Shown here piece after piece: positions 1 through 9,771 of a stretch of DNA of 58,630 nucleotides. This DNA comes from an uncultured Bacilli bacterium. GTDB lineage: Bacteria; Bacillota_I; Bacilli_A; RF39; UBA660. Each line of letters opens with the position of its first letter. Position 1 is the first letter of the stretch. Below the pieces are notes generated by a model. That model was given only the letters and a program-made list of their open reading frames with translations, was not told where the DNA came from and searched no databases. The translations under genes and the position numbers were made by a program. The stretch covers positions 1 through 58,630 of the forward strand of contig CAKOOU010000001.1 of NCBI GenBank assembly GCA_934098455.1, written 5' to 3'.

Positions 1-284
1 TCTTCTAAGTATACAGCATAATTATTTATAGTTGCATTACCACTATTAGTTACTGTAAATGTCTTTGCTGTTATAGAGTCACCTGGCTCTATCTTTTCTG
101 CTGTTATAAGTGCATTACCATCTCCATAAACTAATTCTAAGTTTGCAGTTATAACACTAATACTTTTTTCATTATCATTTCCTTTTATTTTAGTTAGGAA
201 ATATGCGTAAGTTAATCCTACAAGAATCAAAAGTACTATAAATATTCCTGTTACACTTACTATTAACTTCTGTCTACGATTCAT
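1..284 (-). CDS. N-terminal part of a secreted TasA/camelysin-like protein with SipW-type signal peptide (3' end lies outside the window)
   Basis: ATG at 284..282 follows a GGAAGGGTGA Shine-Dalgarno (rc of 291..300). Translation MNRRQKLIVSVTGIFIVLLILVGLTYAYFLTKIKGNDNEK... has a basic N-terminus, a hydrophobic helix and a TYAYF motif typical of SipW-cleaved TasA/CalY-type proteins. The frame stays open to position 1. Confidence 0.5.
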   Translation of the reverse strand, partial: MNRRQKLIVSVTGIFIVLLILVGLTYAYFLTKIKGNDNEKSISVITANLELVYGDGNALITAEKIEPGDSITAKTFTVTNSGNATINNYAVYLE

Positions 285-394
285 CTAACTTCACCCTTCC
301 TATATTTAACAAATTAATTATATAATTTATTTTACTTAATTACCATGTGCTTATAGTACCATAAATATTTTAATTAATTTGTCATTTTTACACG

Positions 395-460
395 AAAAAA
401 TTATATCTCTTTATACCCCCCCCCCCAACGAATTTTGGGGTTGGGAGAGAGATATAATTT
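395..460 (-). terminator. Long hairpin with a C11/G-rich core, followed by a T-run on the minus strand; likely intrinsic terminator of the upstream S41 peptidase gene
   Basis: aaattatatctct (398..410) is the perfect reverse complement of agagatataattt (448..460). The inner arms are C11 (416..426) against ttggggttggg (435..445). On the minus strand the stem is followed by TTTTTT (rc of 395..400). Confidence 0.55.
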
Positions 461-622
461 CTTAATTTTTTCATGAATCGTAAATTAGTTGCGAATTAAA
501 ATGTACCAAGTTTTAATTCGCTTTGGTATTTCTACCTTAATAAAATATTAGCATTTTTTAATTTTATTGTAAATACATTTTCATAAAATTTCTAAAAAAA
601 TACTTAATTTGCATCAAGTATT

Positions 623-1822
623 TTATTCAGATAATATTCTTAAAGCCTCATTTAATTGATTATCATTTTCTTCAACTGGATTATTTTTATAATCATCACT
701 TAATTCAATATTTATATCAGGTTCTATACCATTTTTATCTATACATTCACCATTAGGCATTAACCATCTAGCACTAGTATACTTAATCATAGTACCATCA
801 TCTAATTTACCTGTTGTTTGAACTTTACCTTTTCCATATGTCTTAGTTCCAACAATTTTAGCACCATAACTATACTTTAATGCACCAGCAAGTATTTCAC
901 TAGCACTAGCACTAGTACCATTAACTAATACAACTATAGGATAAGTTCTTTTTGTATCAGTAGTATCTTTATATTTAGTTTCTTCTTTCTTAGATTTAAT
1001 ACTATACATTACTTTATTCTTTTCTAAAAATAACTCTATTATTTTAGTACAACTATTCAAATAACCACCAGTATTACCTCTTACATCTATTATTAAAGAA
1101 TCTATATTCTCTTTCTCCATACTTAATAAACTAGATTCAACTTGAGTATCTAAAGTACTTGAAAAAGTTTCTAAATAAATATATCCTATTTTCTTTCCAT
1201 TAATTTCTTTTATACTACTTGTAAGAGCAGGCACTATAAGAGTTTTAGTATCAACATCAAAACTAATTTCATTACCATCTCTATTAACAACTATTACATT
1301 TTTATTATCTTTATTATTTTTAATTATATTAGCAACCTCTGTAGTATTTTTCCCTTCAACACTTTCTCCATTTATACTAACTAATATATCCCCTTTTAAT
1401 ATACCAGCATTTTTAGCAGGACTATTATCAAATACTTCATAAACATATATTTTATTATCACCATTTAAAGTTATTCTTATTCCAATACCATCATAAGTAC
1501 CATCTAATTTATCATTTAAACTATTAGTAGCATCTTCATCCATATATATTGTATAATCATCACCAGTATATTTAAGCATTCCATTAATAGCAGCATCAAC
1601 TAATTTATTTTCATCTAAATCTTCATAATATTCTTCTAATAATTTATTATAAGTACTAATAAATTCATTTACATGTTTATTATTTGTTGTAGTAACTTTA
1701 CCAGTATTATTAAGTCTACTATATACTAAAGAACCACCTATAATAAAAGTAATTATACTTGGTACTAATACTAATAAAGATAATTGTATATAATTTAATT
1801 TAATCTTCTTCATAACATACAT
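623..1822 (-). CDS. C-terminal processing peptidase, S41 family, with PDZ domain
   Basis: N-terminal TM anchor, a PDZ-like block (GDILVSINGESVEG) and S41 motifs RGNTGGY, GTSASASEI and GTKTYGKG. The true start may be the MKKIKL Met at 1813. Confidence 0.85.
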   Translation of the reverse strand: MYVMKKIKLNYIQLSLLVLVPSIITFIIGGSLVYSRLNNTGKVTTTNNKHVNEFISTYNKLLEEYYEDLDENKLVDAAINGMLKYTGDDYTIYMDEDATNSLNDKLDGTYDGIGIRITLNGDNKIYVYEVFDNSPAKNAGILKGDILVSINGESVEGKNTTEVANIIKNNKDNKNVIVVNRDGNEISFDVDTKTLIVPALTSSIKEINGKKIGYIYLETFSSTLDTQVESSLLSMEKENIDSLIIDVRGNTGGYLNSCTKIIELFLEKNKVMYSIKSKKEETKYKDTTDTKRTYPIVVLVNGTSASASEILAGALKYSYGAKIVGTKTYGKGKVQTTGKLDDGTMIKYTSARWLMPNGECIDKNGIEPDINIELSDDYKNNPVEENDNQLNEALRILSE

Positions 1823-1863
1823 TCTATCATATATTTTTATTAAAAAAAAGATGACTATACATC

Positions 1864-2367
1864 TTATTTTAATATGTTTACAATATTATCTACACCACTA
1901 TAACATTTAACAACTTTACCATTATTAATTTTATATAATGTAGCACCTTTAACTTTAACTTCACTACTATTATTAGGTTTTTCTACTAAACTATCTCCTA
2001 AAACACTATTATTTATCTTTTTATCTAAATCAATAAAATATGTTTTAATATAATTATCACTACTTCTATAAGTAGCAAGTACACTATCTAATTCACTACC
2101 ATCATTCTCTTTAGAATATAATATTACATAATATTCATCTTCTATTCTATTAAACATAGTTCCTATTGTAGCAATATCATAATCTATTTTGGTATCAACT
2201 TTATTATCATTACTACTATTTTCTTTCTTTATCATATGGTCAGTTAAAAAATATATTCCTAAACTAATTCCAACAACTAAAACTAATAATATACCTATAT
2301 TTCTAACTATATTCATATCTTCATTAATTATTCTTTTTTGTTTTATTTTATTATTTTTCTTTTCCAT
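1864..2367 (-). CDS. Membrane-anchored hypothetical protein
   Basis: 167 aa ORF with a single N-terminal TM helix (IGILLVLVVGISLGIYFL). No recognised catalytic motif. Confidence 0.5.
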   Translation of the reverse strand: MEKKNNKIKQKRIINEDMNIVRNIGILLVLVVGISLGIYFLTDHMIKKENSSNDNKVDTKIDYDIATIGTMFNRIEDEYYVILYSKENDGSELDSVLATYRSSDNYIKTYFIDLDKKINNSVLGDSLVEKPNNSSEVKVKGATLYKINNGKVVKCYSGVDNIVNILK

Positions 2368-2423
2368 TTAAACCACCTACAAATAATATTCTATCATAAA
2401 AATATAACTTCTTAAACACAAAG

Positions 2424-3524
2424 TTATATTTTTTTACTATATTCTCTATTAAATGAACAACTTACTAATACATTATTATTTTTAAAAGATAAATTATTAT
2501 CATCTTCTATATAACTAAGTACATGTTCTAAATAATTTTTATCTCCTACTTTTATTTGATTTCTAGCATCTAACCATGAATTATTATTATCATTTATAAT
2601 TTCATTATAATCAATATTATCTCCATAATATAATTTCATAGTTTTAATTATATTTCCATACCCATAATTATACATTTGTATAGCAACTGGTATATTATAA
2701 TTAGTATCTTTTAAACATTTTTGAAATATCATACAAGCAACTTTAATATTAAAATTAATATCTTTAAGTTTATCTATTGTTATATGTACATTTTCTACAC
2801 TATCTGTTTTATAATTATAAGCACTTAAATTTTGATTATTCCATACTGATTTTTCTATTTGCATTAATCCTATAGCAGGTAAGTTATCATTTATTATATG
2901 TTCTCCACTTTCTTGTGTAGCTATTGCTAACATAATTCTTGGGTCAATACCATATTCTAATGATAATTCATTTATTATATTACCATATTTATTTTTAGTA
3001 TTAATATATTTATTAGAATCAGTTCTATCTTCATACTCTAAATCATAAGTATTTATATTATCTAGTGATAAATCAATTACATTATCAATATCATTTTCAT
3101 TATCATCTACATTATTCAAATATGATATATTATTATCATTTATAATATTTTTATCTCCAAGACTATTTACTAATCCTCCAATACTTATTATAACAGCACC
3201 ACTAAATGCACTTATTCTTTTAATTCTTTTCTTACGTAATTTATTCTTTTTTTCTTTAATATATAAAGTTTCTATTTTATCAATTAATTCATTTATATCT
3301 TTATTATCAGTATAACTAAAAGCACTTATTTTTACTTTATATTTATCATCATTATAATATATTTCATTATTACATATTTTTATATCTTTATAATTTCTTA
3401 ATATTTTATACATATAATTTATATAATTTTGATAAACTTCATAATGTACATTACCATATTCATCATATATATGACAAACTATTTTATTATTATCTTTTAT
3501 AATAATCTCTATTAAATTTTTCAT
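2424..3524 (-). CDS. Membrane-anchored lytic transglycosylase (SLT domain) protein
   Basis: Central TM segment, then SLT-type motifs AIATQESGE, GLMQI and MYNYGYGN. The 3' end overlaps the upstream gene by 4 nt. Confidence 0.7.
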   Translation of the reverse strand: MKNLIEIIIKDNNKIVCHIYDEYGNVHYEVYQNYINYMYKILRNYKDIKICNNEIYYNDDKYKVKISAFSYTDNKDINELIDKIETLYIKEKKNKLRKKRIKRISAFSGAVIISIGGLVNSLGDKNIINDNNISYLNNVDDNENDIDNVIDLSLDNINTYDLEYEDRTDSNKYINTKNKYGNIINELSLEYGIDPRIMLAIATQESGEHIINDNLPAIGLMQIEKSVWNNQNLSAYNYKTDSVENVHITIDKLKDINFNIKVACMIFQKCLKDTNYNIPVAIQMYNYGYGNIIKTMKLYYGDNIDYNEIINDNNNSWLDARNQIKVGDKNYLEHVLSYIEDDNNLSFKNNNVLVSCSFNREYSKKI

Positions 3525-3754
3525 AGTTTCTCCAAATATTTATCTATCAAGTCATAATCTTTTTCATCAGTAATTTCTATTAATTTTATTTTATCATCAA
3601 TTATTTCATATAGTGATGCATATATATCTTTACTTTTATCTTCTTCATATATTATATAATTTTTATTATTTATATTTATTTTATCAAGTATATTATATTG
3701 TTTTATATCTCCATGTTTATCTACATGATTAAATTTTATATCAGTTTTAAGCAT
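3521..3754 (-). CDS. DUF1292-like small acidic protein
   Basis: 77 aa. The pattern ...NKNYIIYEED...IYASLYEII...LIEITDEKDYDLIDKYLE matches the DUF1292/UPF0473-type small proteins of Firmicutes. Confidence 0.5.
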   Translation of the reverse strand: MLKTDIKFNHVDKHGDIKQYNILDKININNKNYIIYEEDKSKDIYASLYEIIDDKIKLIEITDEKDYDLIDKYLEKL

Positions 3755-3756
3755 AA

Positions 3757-4785
3757 TTATATCTCACTAGGATGTATTATTATTTTTATAGCATCATCTT
3801 TACCATTTGTAAGTCTTAAAAATGAATTTTGTACTTTATCTAATCCAACTATATCATCTATATATTTTGCTACATCTATTTCTTTTTTGCTAATCATTTC
3901 TATGACGCTTTCAAATTCACTAACTGTATATGCAATAGCACCTTGCATTGTTATTTCTCCCATAACTGTCATTACAGTAGGTATAGTAACTGGTACCATA
4001 CTAACACCAACTAATACTATCATTCCACCAGGTCTAACAGCCATTATTGCTTCACTTACTGCAGGACTATTTCCACAACATTCAAGTACTACATCAAATC
4101 CACCAATAGTCTTTTCTACCAACTTTGGAACTGTATTAGCATCAATTGCATTATAATATTCATCAACACAACCAAATTTTAATGATTTTTTACCACGCAT
4201 TTCATTTGTTTCTAAAAGTGCTACGTATTTTGCACCAGCCTTTTTAGCAAATAGTGCACACATTAATCCAATTATTCCTCCACCAATAATTAAAACGTTA
4301 TCATCTTTTTTTACTTTTCCTAAATTAACCGCATGTAAACTAACTGAACTAGGTTCAACCATAGCAGCTTCATCATTTGATACATTATCAGGTAATTTTT
4401 TTACCATATCAGCTCTACAACTAGAAAATTCAGCATATCCACCAGGATTAGTTAAAGATAACCCAACTGCTTTGCTCCAAGTTAATTTACAATATTGTGG
4501 ATTACCACTTTTACAAGCATGACACACACCACATGGAGATATTGGAAGTCCAGTAATTCTATCTCCTACCTTTAAATCATCTCTAGAGCCAGGGTCAACA
4601 ACAGTACCACAAAATTCATGTCCCATTACTAACCCAACAGGTTCACCCATGTCCCAATAATGAATATCACTTCCACAAATACCACAAGATTCTACTTTAA
4701 ATACTACACTACCATTTTTACTAACAGGTTTATCTATTTCACCTTGAGTAAATTCTCTCTTTCCATTTATTTTAACACATTTCAT
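3757..4785 (-). CDS. Zinc-dependent medium-chain alcohol/polyol dehydrogenase
   Basis: GHEFCG zinc motif, a C..C..C cluster (CGVCHACKSGNPQYC) and the Rossmann motif IIGGGIIG. Start moved to ATG 4785 (MKCVKINGK), which follows AGGAGGCA (rc of 4791..4798). Confidence 0.85.
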   Translation of the reverse strand: MKCVKINGKREFTQGEIDKPVSKNGSVVFKVESCGICGSDIHYWDMGEPVGLVMGHEFCGTVVDPGSRDDLKVGDRITGLPISPCGVCHACKSGNPQYCKLTWSKAVGLSLTNPGGYAEFSSCRADMVKKLPDNVSNDEAAMVEPSSVSLHAVNLGKVKKDDNVLIIGGGIIGLMCALFAKKAGAKYVALLETNEMRGKKSLKFGCVDEYYNAIDANTVPKLVEKTIGGFDVVLECCGNSPAVSEAIMAVRPGGMIVLVGVSMVPVTIPTVMTVMGEITMQGAIAYTVSEFESVIEMISKKEIDVAKYIDDIVGLDKVQNSFLRLTNGKDDAIKIIIHPSEI

Positions 4786-4864
4786 ATAAATGCCTCCTAT
4801 CATATAAATTATAGTACAAAGACATTTATTAAACAATATTCAATAAATAAATTAAACACATAAT

Positions 4865-5230
4865 TTACACAGAAGGTGCACCAACAAAATCAGGATTATT
4901 AGTTTGAAAATATATTAGACAAGATACTCCAGCAATTAACAAAGCACTTCCAAGTAATTTGATTCTAAAAAGTCTTTTGCTTTCTACACTAGCTTTCTTA
5001 TAAGCATCATAATTTCTATAAATAAAATATAAATATATTAATAAAACAACAATTAAAACAAACAAATAAATATCATTTGCAGTCTTTTCAGATTTCTTAT
5101 TACCAGTATTAACATAATTTTTTTGATATTGATTAGCAACTATATTAAAAGATATTGCAACTATAAAAATAATAAATATAATATCTTCAAATTTTAATCT
5201 AGCTAAATCATTATTTAATATATCTTCCAT
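4865..5230 (-). CDS. Small integral membrane protein, unknown function
   Basis: 121 aa with three hydrophobic helices. Confidence 0.45.
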   Translation of the reverse strand: MEDILNNDLARLKFEDIIFIIFIVAISFNIVANQYQKNYVNTGNKKSEKTANDIYLFVLIVVLLIYLYFIYRNYDAYKKASVESKRLFRIKLLGSALLIAGVSCLIYFQTNNPDFVGAPSV

Positions 5231-5243
5231 ACTAAATTATATG

Positions 5244-5293
5244 AAAAAAAGTAAACATTTAATTTACTTTTCACTTTACACCACTACACTTGT
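5244..5293. repeat. Left copy of an approx. 50 bp direct repeat (partner 6642..6691) bounding the Bro-N cassette
   Basis: aaaaaaagtaaacatttaatttacttttcactttacaccactacacttgt versus aaaaaaagtaaacttttaatttacttttcgctagatactattacacttgt, about 8 mismatches. The left copy is a dead duplicate of the 3' end of the lipoprotein gene (reads TSVVV*SEK* on the minus strand). Confidence 0.75.
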
Positions 5294-5304
5294 ATCAATT
5301 ATTT

Positions 5305-6159
5305 TTATTTATTTTCTATTTTTTCTATATCATCAATATATTTATAATTTAGATTATTATTATTTGTTATAACATTCTCTCCAATTTCATGTTCTAAATC
5401 AACTCTTGCATTATTTGCTATTTTACCACCACGTTTTGCAATACTTATATTTTCTTTTAAACCTTGTGGTTTATGTTTTATGGCAATTTCTCTCGTTGCA
5501 ATTTCTCCTAAGTCAGCAAGTGTAATTTCAATATCACTCATATTATCTCTTAAAGATTCTTTTCGTAGTCCTTTAAATTCTTTAAATTCTTTTGCTGTCA
5601 TACCAGACCAACCTTTATATATTTCGTTAGTTAAAATTGCATATTCTTTATTTCCATTTATTCCTCCATCTTTCCAAATATCAGTTAACTTTTTTCTATC
5701 TTGCATACCTTTTATTCTTTTGCTTATCCACGCTTCTTCATATCCTTTTGCACGATAAATATCTATACCACGTTGAACACTTATAGATGGATTGAATACT
5801 TCATCTATCCTCTCGCTACCTAACTTAGCTAGCCACATTTTAATAGGTTCAGCATTTTTACTAGGAATTGATTCAATTATTCTAAACATTCCCTGAACAT
5901 CAACTACATCTGTTAATCTATATTTACCATCTTGAGCTTTAAGTTTCAAAGCGTGACAATTTGTCACGGTTTCATTTCCCTCTTCCCTTAGCCTTTGCTT
6001 TAACTTTCTCCAATAAGATTGTTTATCCTTACTTTCAGATATAGTACCTACTATATCAACAACACTTATATAATATTTCTCATCTTCCTTATCCCATACT
6101 GTTCTAATAGTTTCATTATTAAATATTTTATTAATTAAATACATTTTTTCTTGATTCAT
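5305..6159 (-). CDS. Bro-N domain protein (DinD / phage antirepressor-like)
   Basis: 284 aa. The N-terminus FNNETIRTVWDKEDEKYYISVVDIVG fits the Bro-N pattern; the C-terminal half is DinD-like. Confidence 0.6.
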   Translation of the reverse strand: MNQEKMYLINKIFNNETIRTVWDKEDEKYYISVVDIVGTISESKDKQSYWRKLKQRLREEGNETVTNCHALKLKAQDGKYRLTDVVDVQGMFRIIESIPSKNAEPIKMWLAKLGSERIDEVFNPSISVQRGIDIYRAKGYEEAWISKRIKGMQDRKKLTDIWKDGGINGNKEYAILTNEIYKGWSGMTAKEFKEFKGLRKESLRDNMSDIEITLADLGEIATREIAIKHKPQGLKENISIAKRGGKIANNARVDLEHEIGENVITNNNNLNYKYIDDIEKIENK

Positions 6160-6239
6160 TATTCTTCTCCTTTTTAATTTAATATTCTATCATATCTATA
6201 TATCATTTTTTGTCGAATTTTCTAAATTAATTTCAATTT

Positions 6240-6612
6240 GTAATGTACATCAAAACTCACATCTTTTTAACAACACAATTATTATAGTAATTACCACCTG
6301 GTGCTTTTAATTTCAACTGTCTAGTAATTCTAGACGTTTCAAAATTTTCTTCTTTTAACAATTTATTTTTAGCAAATTTAAGTATTTTTAGTTTTTTTAC
6401 TATCAGTTTAAACGTCTAATATATCAACAACACTAATATTAAAATATTTTCCATTAGAAAGTTTTAAGTTCAAAGAGTTACAAATTATAACAAACTCATT
6501 TACATTCTTACATCACTAATGTTTTAATTTTCACTAATAAAATCATTTAATTTTATTTTAAGATAAAATACTAAATATATCAACAAGACCAATACTATAT
6601 TTTTCATTTAAT
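6240..6612 (-). pseudogene. Two tandem, decayed copies of the N-terminal segment of the adjacent Bro-N gene
   Basis: 6444..6610 aligns base by base with 5925..6090 at roughly two-thirds identity. It translates as NEKYSIGLVDIFSILS*NKIK*FY**KLKH**CKNVNEFVIICNSLNLKLSNGKY, against DEKYYISVVDIVGTISESKDKQSYWRKLKQRLREEGNETVTNCHALKLKAQDGKY for the gene. A second copy lies at about 6240..6452 (ETSRITRQLKLKAPGG...). Both are full of stop codons. Confidence 0.7.
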
Positions 6613-6641
6613 TTAGTTATTTTTAATATTTTAAACTGCAT

Positions 6642-6691
6642 AAAAAAAGTAAACTTTTAATTTACTTTTCGCTAGATACTATTACACTTGT
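6642..6691. repeat. Right copy of the approx. 50 bp direct repeat; forms the functional 3' end and terminator of the lipoprotein gene
   Basis: See 5244..5293. Contains the hairpin aaaagtaaa/tttactttt. Confidence 0.75.
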
Positions 6692-7837
6692 TCCAGTTAA
6701 TCCTTCAGCAATAGTCATTAATTCCTTACCATCTAAACTATTACTACTTAAATAATAATCTATTCCATTACTAGTCCAATATAATGAATTATTTGATAAA
6801 GCAGCAATACAATCACTCATTATTAATGGGTCTCCATTTACTGGTATAATTTCTAAATCATCAAATCTTCTACTAACTTCTTCTATTAATACAAATGGAC
6901 TATCTCCACTAAATGTTAATATTGCTCTATTACCATTATCAGTACTAATAGTATCTTCAGTACTTAAATGTGTATTTTGTGGAACATACAAAGGATAAAT
7001 TATATCTTTTAATATATTACTAGTATTCTCTTCATTAGTATTATTGTTATTATCTTTAATATCATTATTTTCATCGCTTGGAACTTTTGTTGTAGTAGTT
7101 GTTGTAGTTGTATTTGTAGTATCACCAACATTAGTAGTTGTTGTAGTTGTAGTAGTTTCACCATTATTTTTCTTAGTAGTTGTAGTATTTTTCTTATCTT
7201 TATTATCTATATTATCTTGTTCATCTTTAACTTCATCTTCGCTTATTAAACTTTCTAAAGAAAAATATTCATCTTTAAATTTAGCTTTATAATTTATACT
7301 ATTAACATTTAAAGTAATTTTAACATTACCATCTTGGTCTAATACTTCAACTTTCTTAACTCCATAATCTTTATCCAAATAAATCTTTTCACTATACAAA
7401 GTATTATTATTAGGATAATTTACTTTACATTGGATATAATCTTTTTCTACATGAACTTTATCATCATTAACAACATCATTTAACAAAACATCAATCAAGT
7501 ATGATTGACTACCATTATTAGGCCAATCACTTTGGAATTTAAAACTCTTATTCAAATCAGGTGTAACAACATAAACACCATCTTTATTTTTTAATATAAC
7601 TTGTTCATGATTATTAGTTTGATTTATTAAACTAACTTTATAATACCCTTCTTTACTTTTACTAGCTTCTACTTTATAAGTAAACGTGTCTTCATTACTT
7701 ACGATAGACATATTACCTTTCAAAATATAATTATCTGCTTTTTCTATTTTATTTTGAAATTTTTTAACTACATTATCACTTTTACCACATCCACATAATC
7801 CTAAGAACATACATAATATTATTATATACTTTTTCAT
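6662..7837 (-). CDS. Lipoprotein with LolA-like/DUF4367-like N-terminal part and a Thr/Asn-rich linker
   Basis: Signal peptide with lipobox (LCMFLGLCGCGK). Low-complexity TTTTKKNNGETTTTTTTTNVGDTTNTTTTTTTT tract, encoded at about 7090..7200. Confidence 0.65.
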   Translation of the reverse strand: MKKYIIILCMFLGLCGCGKSDNVVKKFQNKIEKADNYILKGNMSIVSNEDTFTYKVEASKSKEGYYKVSLINQTNNHEQVILKNKDGVYVVTPDLNKSFKFQSDWPNNGSQSYLIDVLLNDVVNDDKVHVEKDYIQCKVNYPNNNTLYSEKIYLDKDYGVKKVEVLDQDGNVKITLNVNSINYKAKFKDEYFSLESLISEDEVKDEQDNIDNKDKKNTTTTKKNNGETTTTTTTTNVGDTTNTTTTTTTTKVPSDENNDIKDNNNNTNEENTSNILKDIIYPLYVPQNTHLSTEDTISTDNGNRAILTFSGDSPFVLIEEVSRRFDDLEIIPVNGDPLIMSDCIAALSNNSLYWTSNGIDYYLSSNSLDGKELMTIAEGLTGTSVIVSSEK

Positions 7838-7970
7838 AAACTCCCCTTTTCTAATTAAATATATTTTATTAAATAATTATTTATACATAAAAAAATAAAA
7901 ATTATTAAATTAAATAAAAATGTATAATTTATTTTAATCTATGCATAATAAGAACAGAAAAGAGGTTAAA

Positions 7971-8171
7971 ATGAATACATTACAAAAGATATGCTTATGC
8001 ATAACAATTATTGGAGCTATAAACTGGGGTTTAATTGGTTTATTAGATTTTAACTTAGTTGAAGCTTTATTTGGTAGTGAATCTATTATTCCTAGAATAG
8101 TATATTCATTAGTTGGTTTATGTGGTTTAATCAACATAGGTATTTTAGTAATGCATTTAGATGAAGATTAA
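7971..8171 (+). CDS. DUF378 family small membrane protein
   Basis: Sequence MNTLQKICLCITIIGAINWGLIGLLDFNLVEALFG...YSLVGLCGL. Start moved to ATG 7971, which follows AAGAGG. Confidence 0.7.
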   Translation: MNTLQKICLCITIIGAINWGLIGLLDFNLVEALFGSESIIPRIVYSLVGLCGLINIGILVMHLDED

Positions 8172-8178
8172 AAAATAG

Positions 8179-9738
8179 TTAGAATATTCCAACTATTTCA
8201 TCATTCACTAAATCAATATTACAAGCATTAGGATGTTTTGAAAGACCTGGCATAGTAAGTATATTACCTAAATATACAGTTATAAACTTAGCACCATTAT
8301 TTACTTTTATATCTCGAACAGTCAAAGTATAATTACTAGGTGCACCAAGTTTTTTAGCATCATCACTAATACTATATTGTGTTTTAGCAATACATATTGG
8401 ATATTCTATATTAGAATATCTTTTTATTTTTTCTTTTGCCATCTCACTATATTCTATTTTATTACATCTACAAATACTTTTACACATAACATCTATTTTA
8501 TCTTCTAACTTATCATTTAATTTATATAATAAATTCAATTCTTTTTCTTTACATTTAATAACTTCTTTAACAACTTCACTAGCTCCATTTTCTCCATCAA
8601 TATAAGCTGTACTAACTGTAAATGGTATATTAAAACTATTTACATATTCACGAACTATATTAATATCATCTATTGTATCATCTGGAAATTTATTTAATAC
8701 AACAATAACATTTTGATTGAATTTAAATAAATTTTCTATATGGACTCCTAAATTACATAATCCATCTTTTAAAGAATTATTTCCATTGTATTTTAAAGCT
8801 CTAATTGTTGCAACTAATAGAACACAATAAGGATTAATGTTGTTATCTCTACATTTTATATCGAAAAATTTAACTGCACCAGCATCACTTCCAAAGCCAG
8901 CTTCTAATATTACATAACGAGATATTTTTCTAGCCATATTAGTAGCAACTATACTATTACATCCATGTGCTATATTTGCAAAAGGTCCACCATGTACGAT
9001 AACAGGATTATTGTATAATGTTTGAACTATATTTGGTTTAAAAGCATCTTTTAATAGTACAATTAAAGAACCTGTTATATTTAATTCTTTCAAATAAACT
9101 TCATTATCATCTTCATCAATTCCAATAATAATATCGTCTAATCTTTGTCTTAAATCATCCAAATCTTTTGCTAAACAAAATATTGCCATTACTTCACTTG
9201 CAGCAGTTATATTAAATTTAGTATCATAACCAATATTAACATTTCTTAAACTTCTATCATTAACATCTAAACATCTTTCAAATAATATTTTTTTTATTCT
9301 AAGAGGATTGCCATAATATATACTATTATCAATACATGCACTTATTAAATTATTTGCACTTGTTATAGCATGAAAATCACCTGTAAAATGTAAGTTAATA
9401 TCTTCCATAGGAACTATTTGTGAATATCCTCCACCAGTTGCTCCACCTTTAACTCCAAAAACAGGTCCCATAGACGGTTCTCTTAAAACTAACATAGAAT
9501 CATATCCTAATTTTCTCATACTATCATGAAGTCCTATAGCAACTGTTGTCTTACCCTCTCCATAAGGTGTAGGATTTATTGCAGTAACAAGAATAACTTT
9601 TCCATCTTTATTAGCATCTATACTATTTATTTTAGCCTTATACTTACCATACATATCATAATCTTTTATATTAAGATTATCACATAACTCACTAATTTCT
9701 TTCATTTTAAATTTTTTAGTAATTTCAATATCAGTCAT
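8179..9738 (-). CDS. fhs: Formate--tetrahydrofolate ligase
   Basis: TPYGEGKTTVAIGL P-loop, YGKYKAKI near the N-terminus and GFGSDAG. FTHFS-like over its whole length. Confidence 0.9.
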   Translation of the reverse strand: MTDIEITKKFKMKEISELCDNLNIKDYDMYGKYKAKINSIDANKDGKVILVTAINPTPYGEGKTTVAIGLHDSMRKLGYDSMLVLREPSMGPVFGVKGGATGGGYSQIVPMEDINLHFTGDFHAITSANNLISACIDNSIYYGNPLRIKKILFERCLDVNDRSLRNVNIGYDTKFNITAASEVMAIFCLAKDLDDLRQRLDDIIIGIDEDDNEVYLKELNITGSLIVLLKDAFKPNIVQTLYNNPVIVHGGPFANIAHGCNSIVATNMARKISRYVILEAGFGSDAGAVKFFDIKCRDNNINPYCVLLVATIRALKYNGNNSLKDGLCNLGVHIENLFKFNQNVIVVLNKFPDDTIDDINIVREYVNSFNIPFTVSTAYIDGENGASEVVKEVIKCKEKELNLLYKLNDKLEDKIDVMCKSICRCNKIEYSEMAKEKIKRYSNIEYPICIAKTQYSISDDAKKLGAPSNYTLTVRDIKVNNGAKFITVYLGNILTMPGLSKHPNACNIDLVNDEIVGIF

Positions 9739-9771
9739 AATATTCCTCCTAAAAAAGAAGCAAAATGCTTC

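Noticed and set aside
3698-4156. Plus-strand 152 aa ORF; similar antisense ORFs lie at 2189-2371, 4660-4863, 5480-5758, 12363-12551, 18307-18543, 23396-23758, 25980-26162, 31021-31341, 34448-34642, 38488-38736, 46750-47019, 47791-48045, 57996-58438
   Set aside because: All lie fully inside well-supported minus-strand genes, encode low-complexity hydrophobic strings typical of antisense frames in AT-rich DNA, and lack ribosome-binding sites.
7090-7200. Thr/Asn-rich tract of the lipoprotein as a contingency repeat
   Set aside because: The underlying DNA is an imperfect mix of ACT/ACA/ACC codons rather than a perfect tandem repeat. It is more likely a flexible or glycosylated linker.
7044-7292. 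Plus-strand 82 aa poly-Val ORF
   Set aside because: It is antisense to the Thr-rich low-complexity tract of the lipoprotein gene (ACN codons read as GTN on the opposite strand). It is an artefact.
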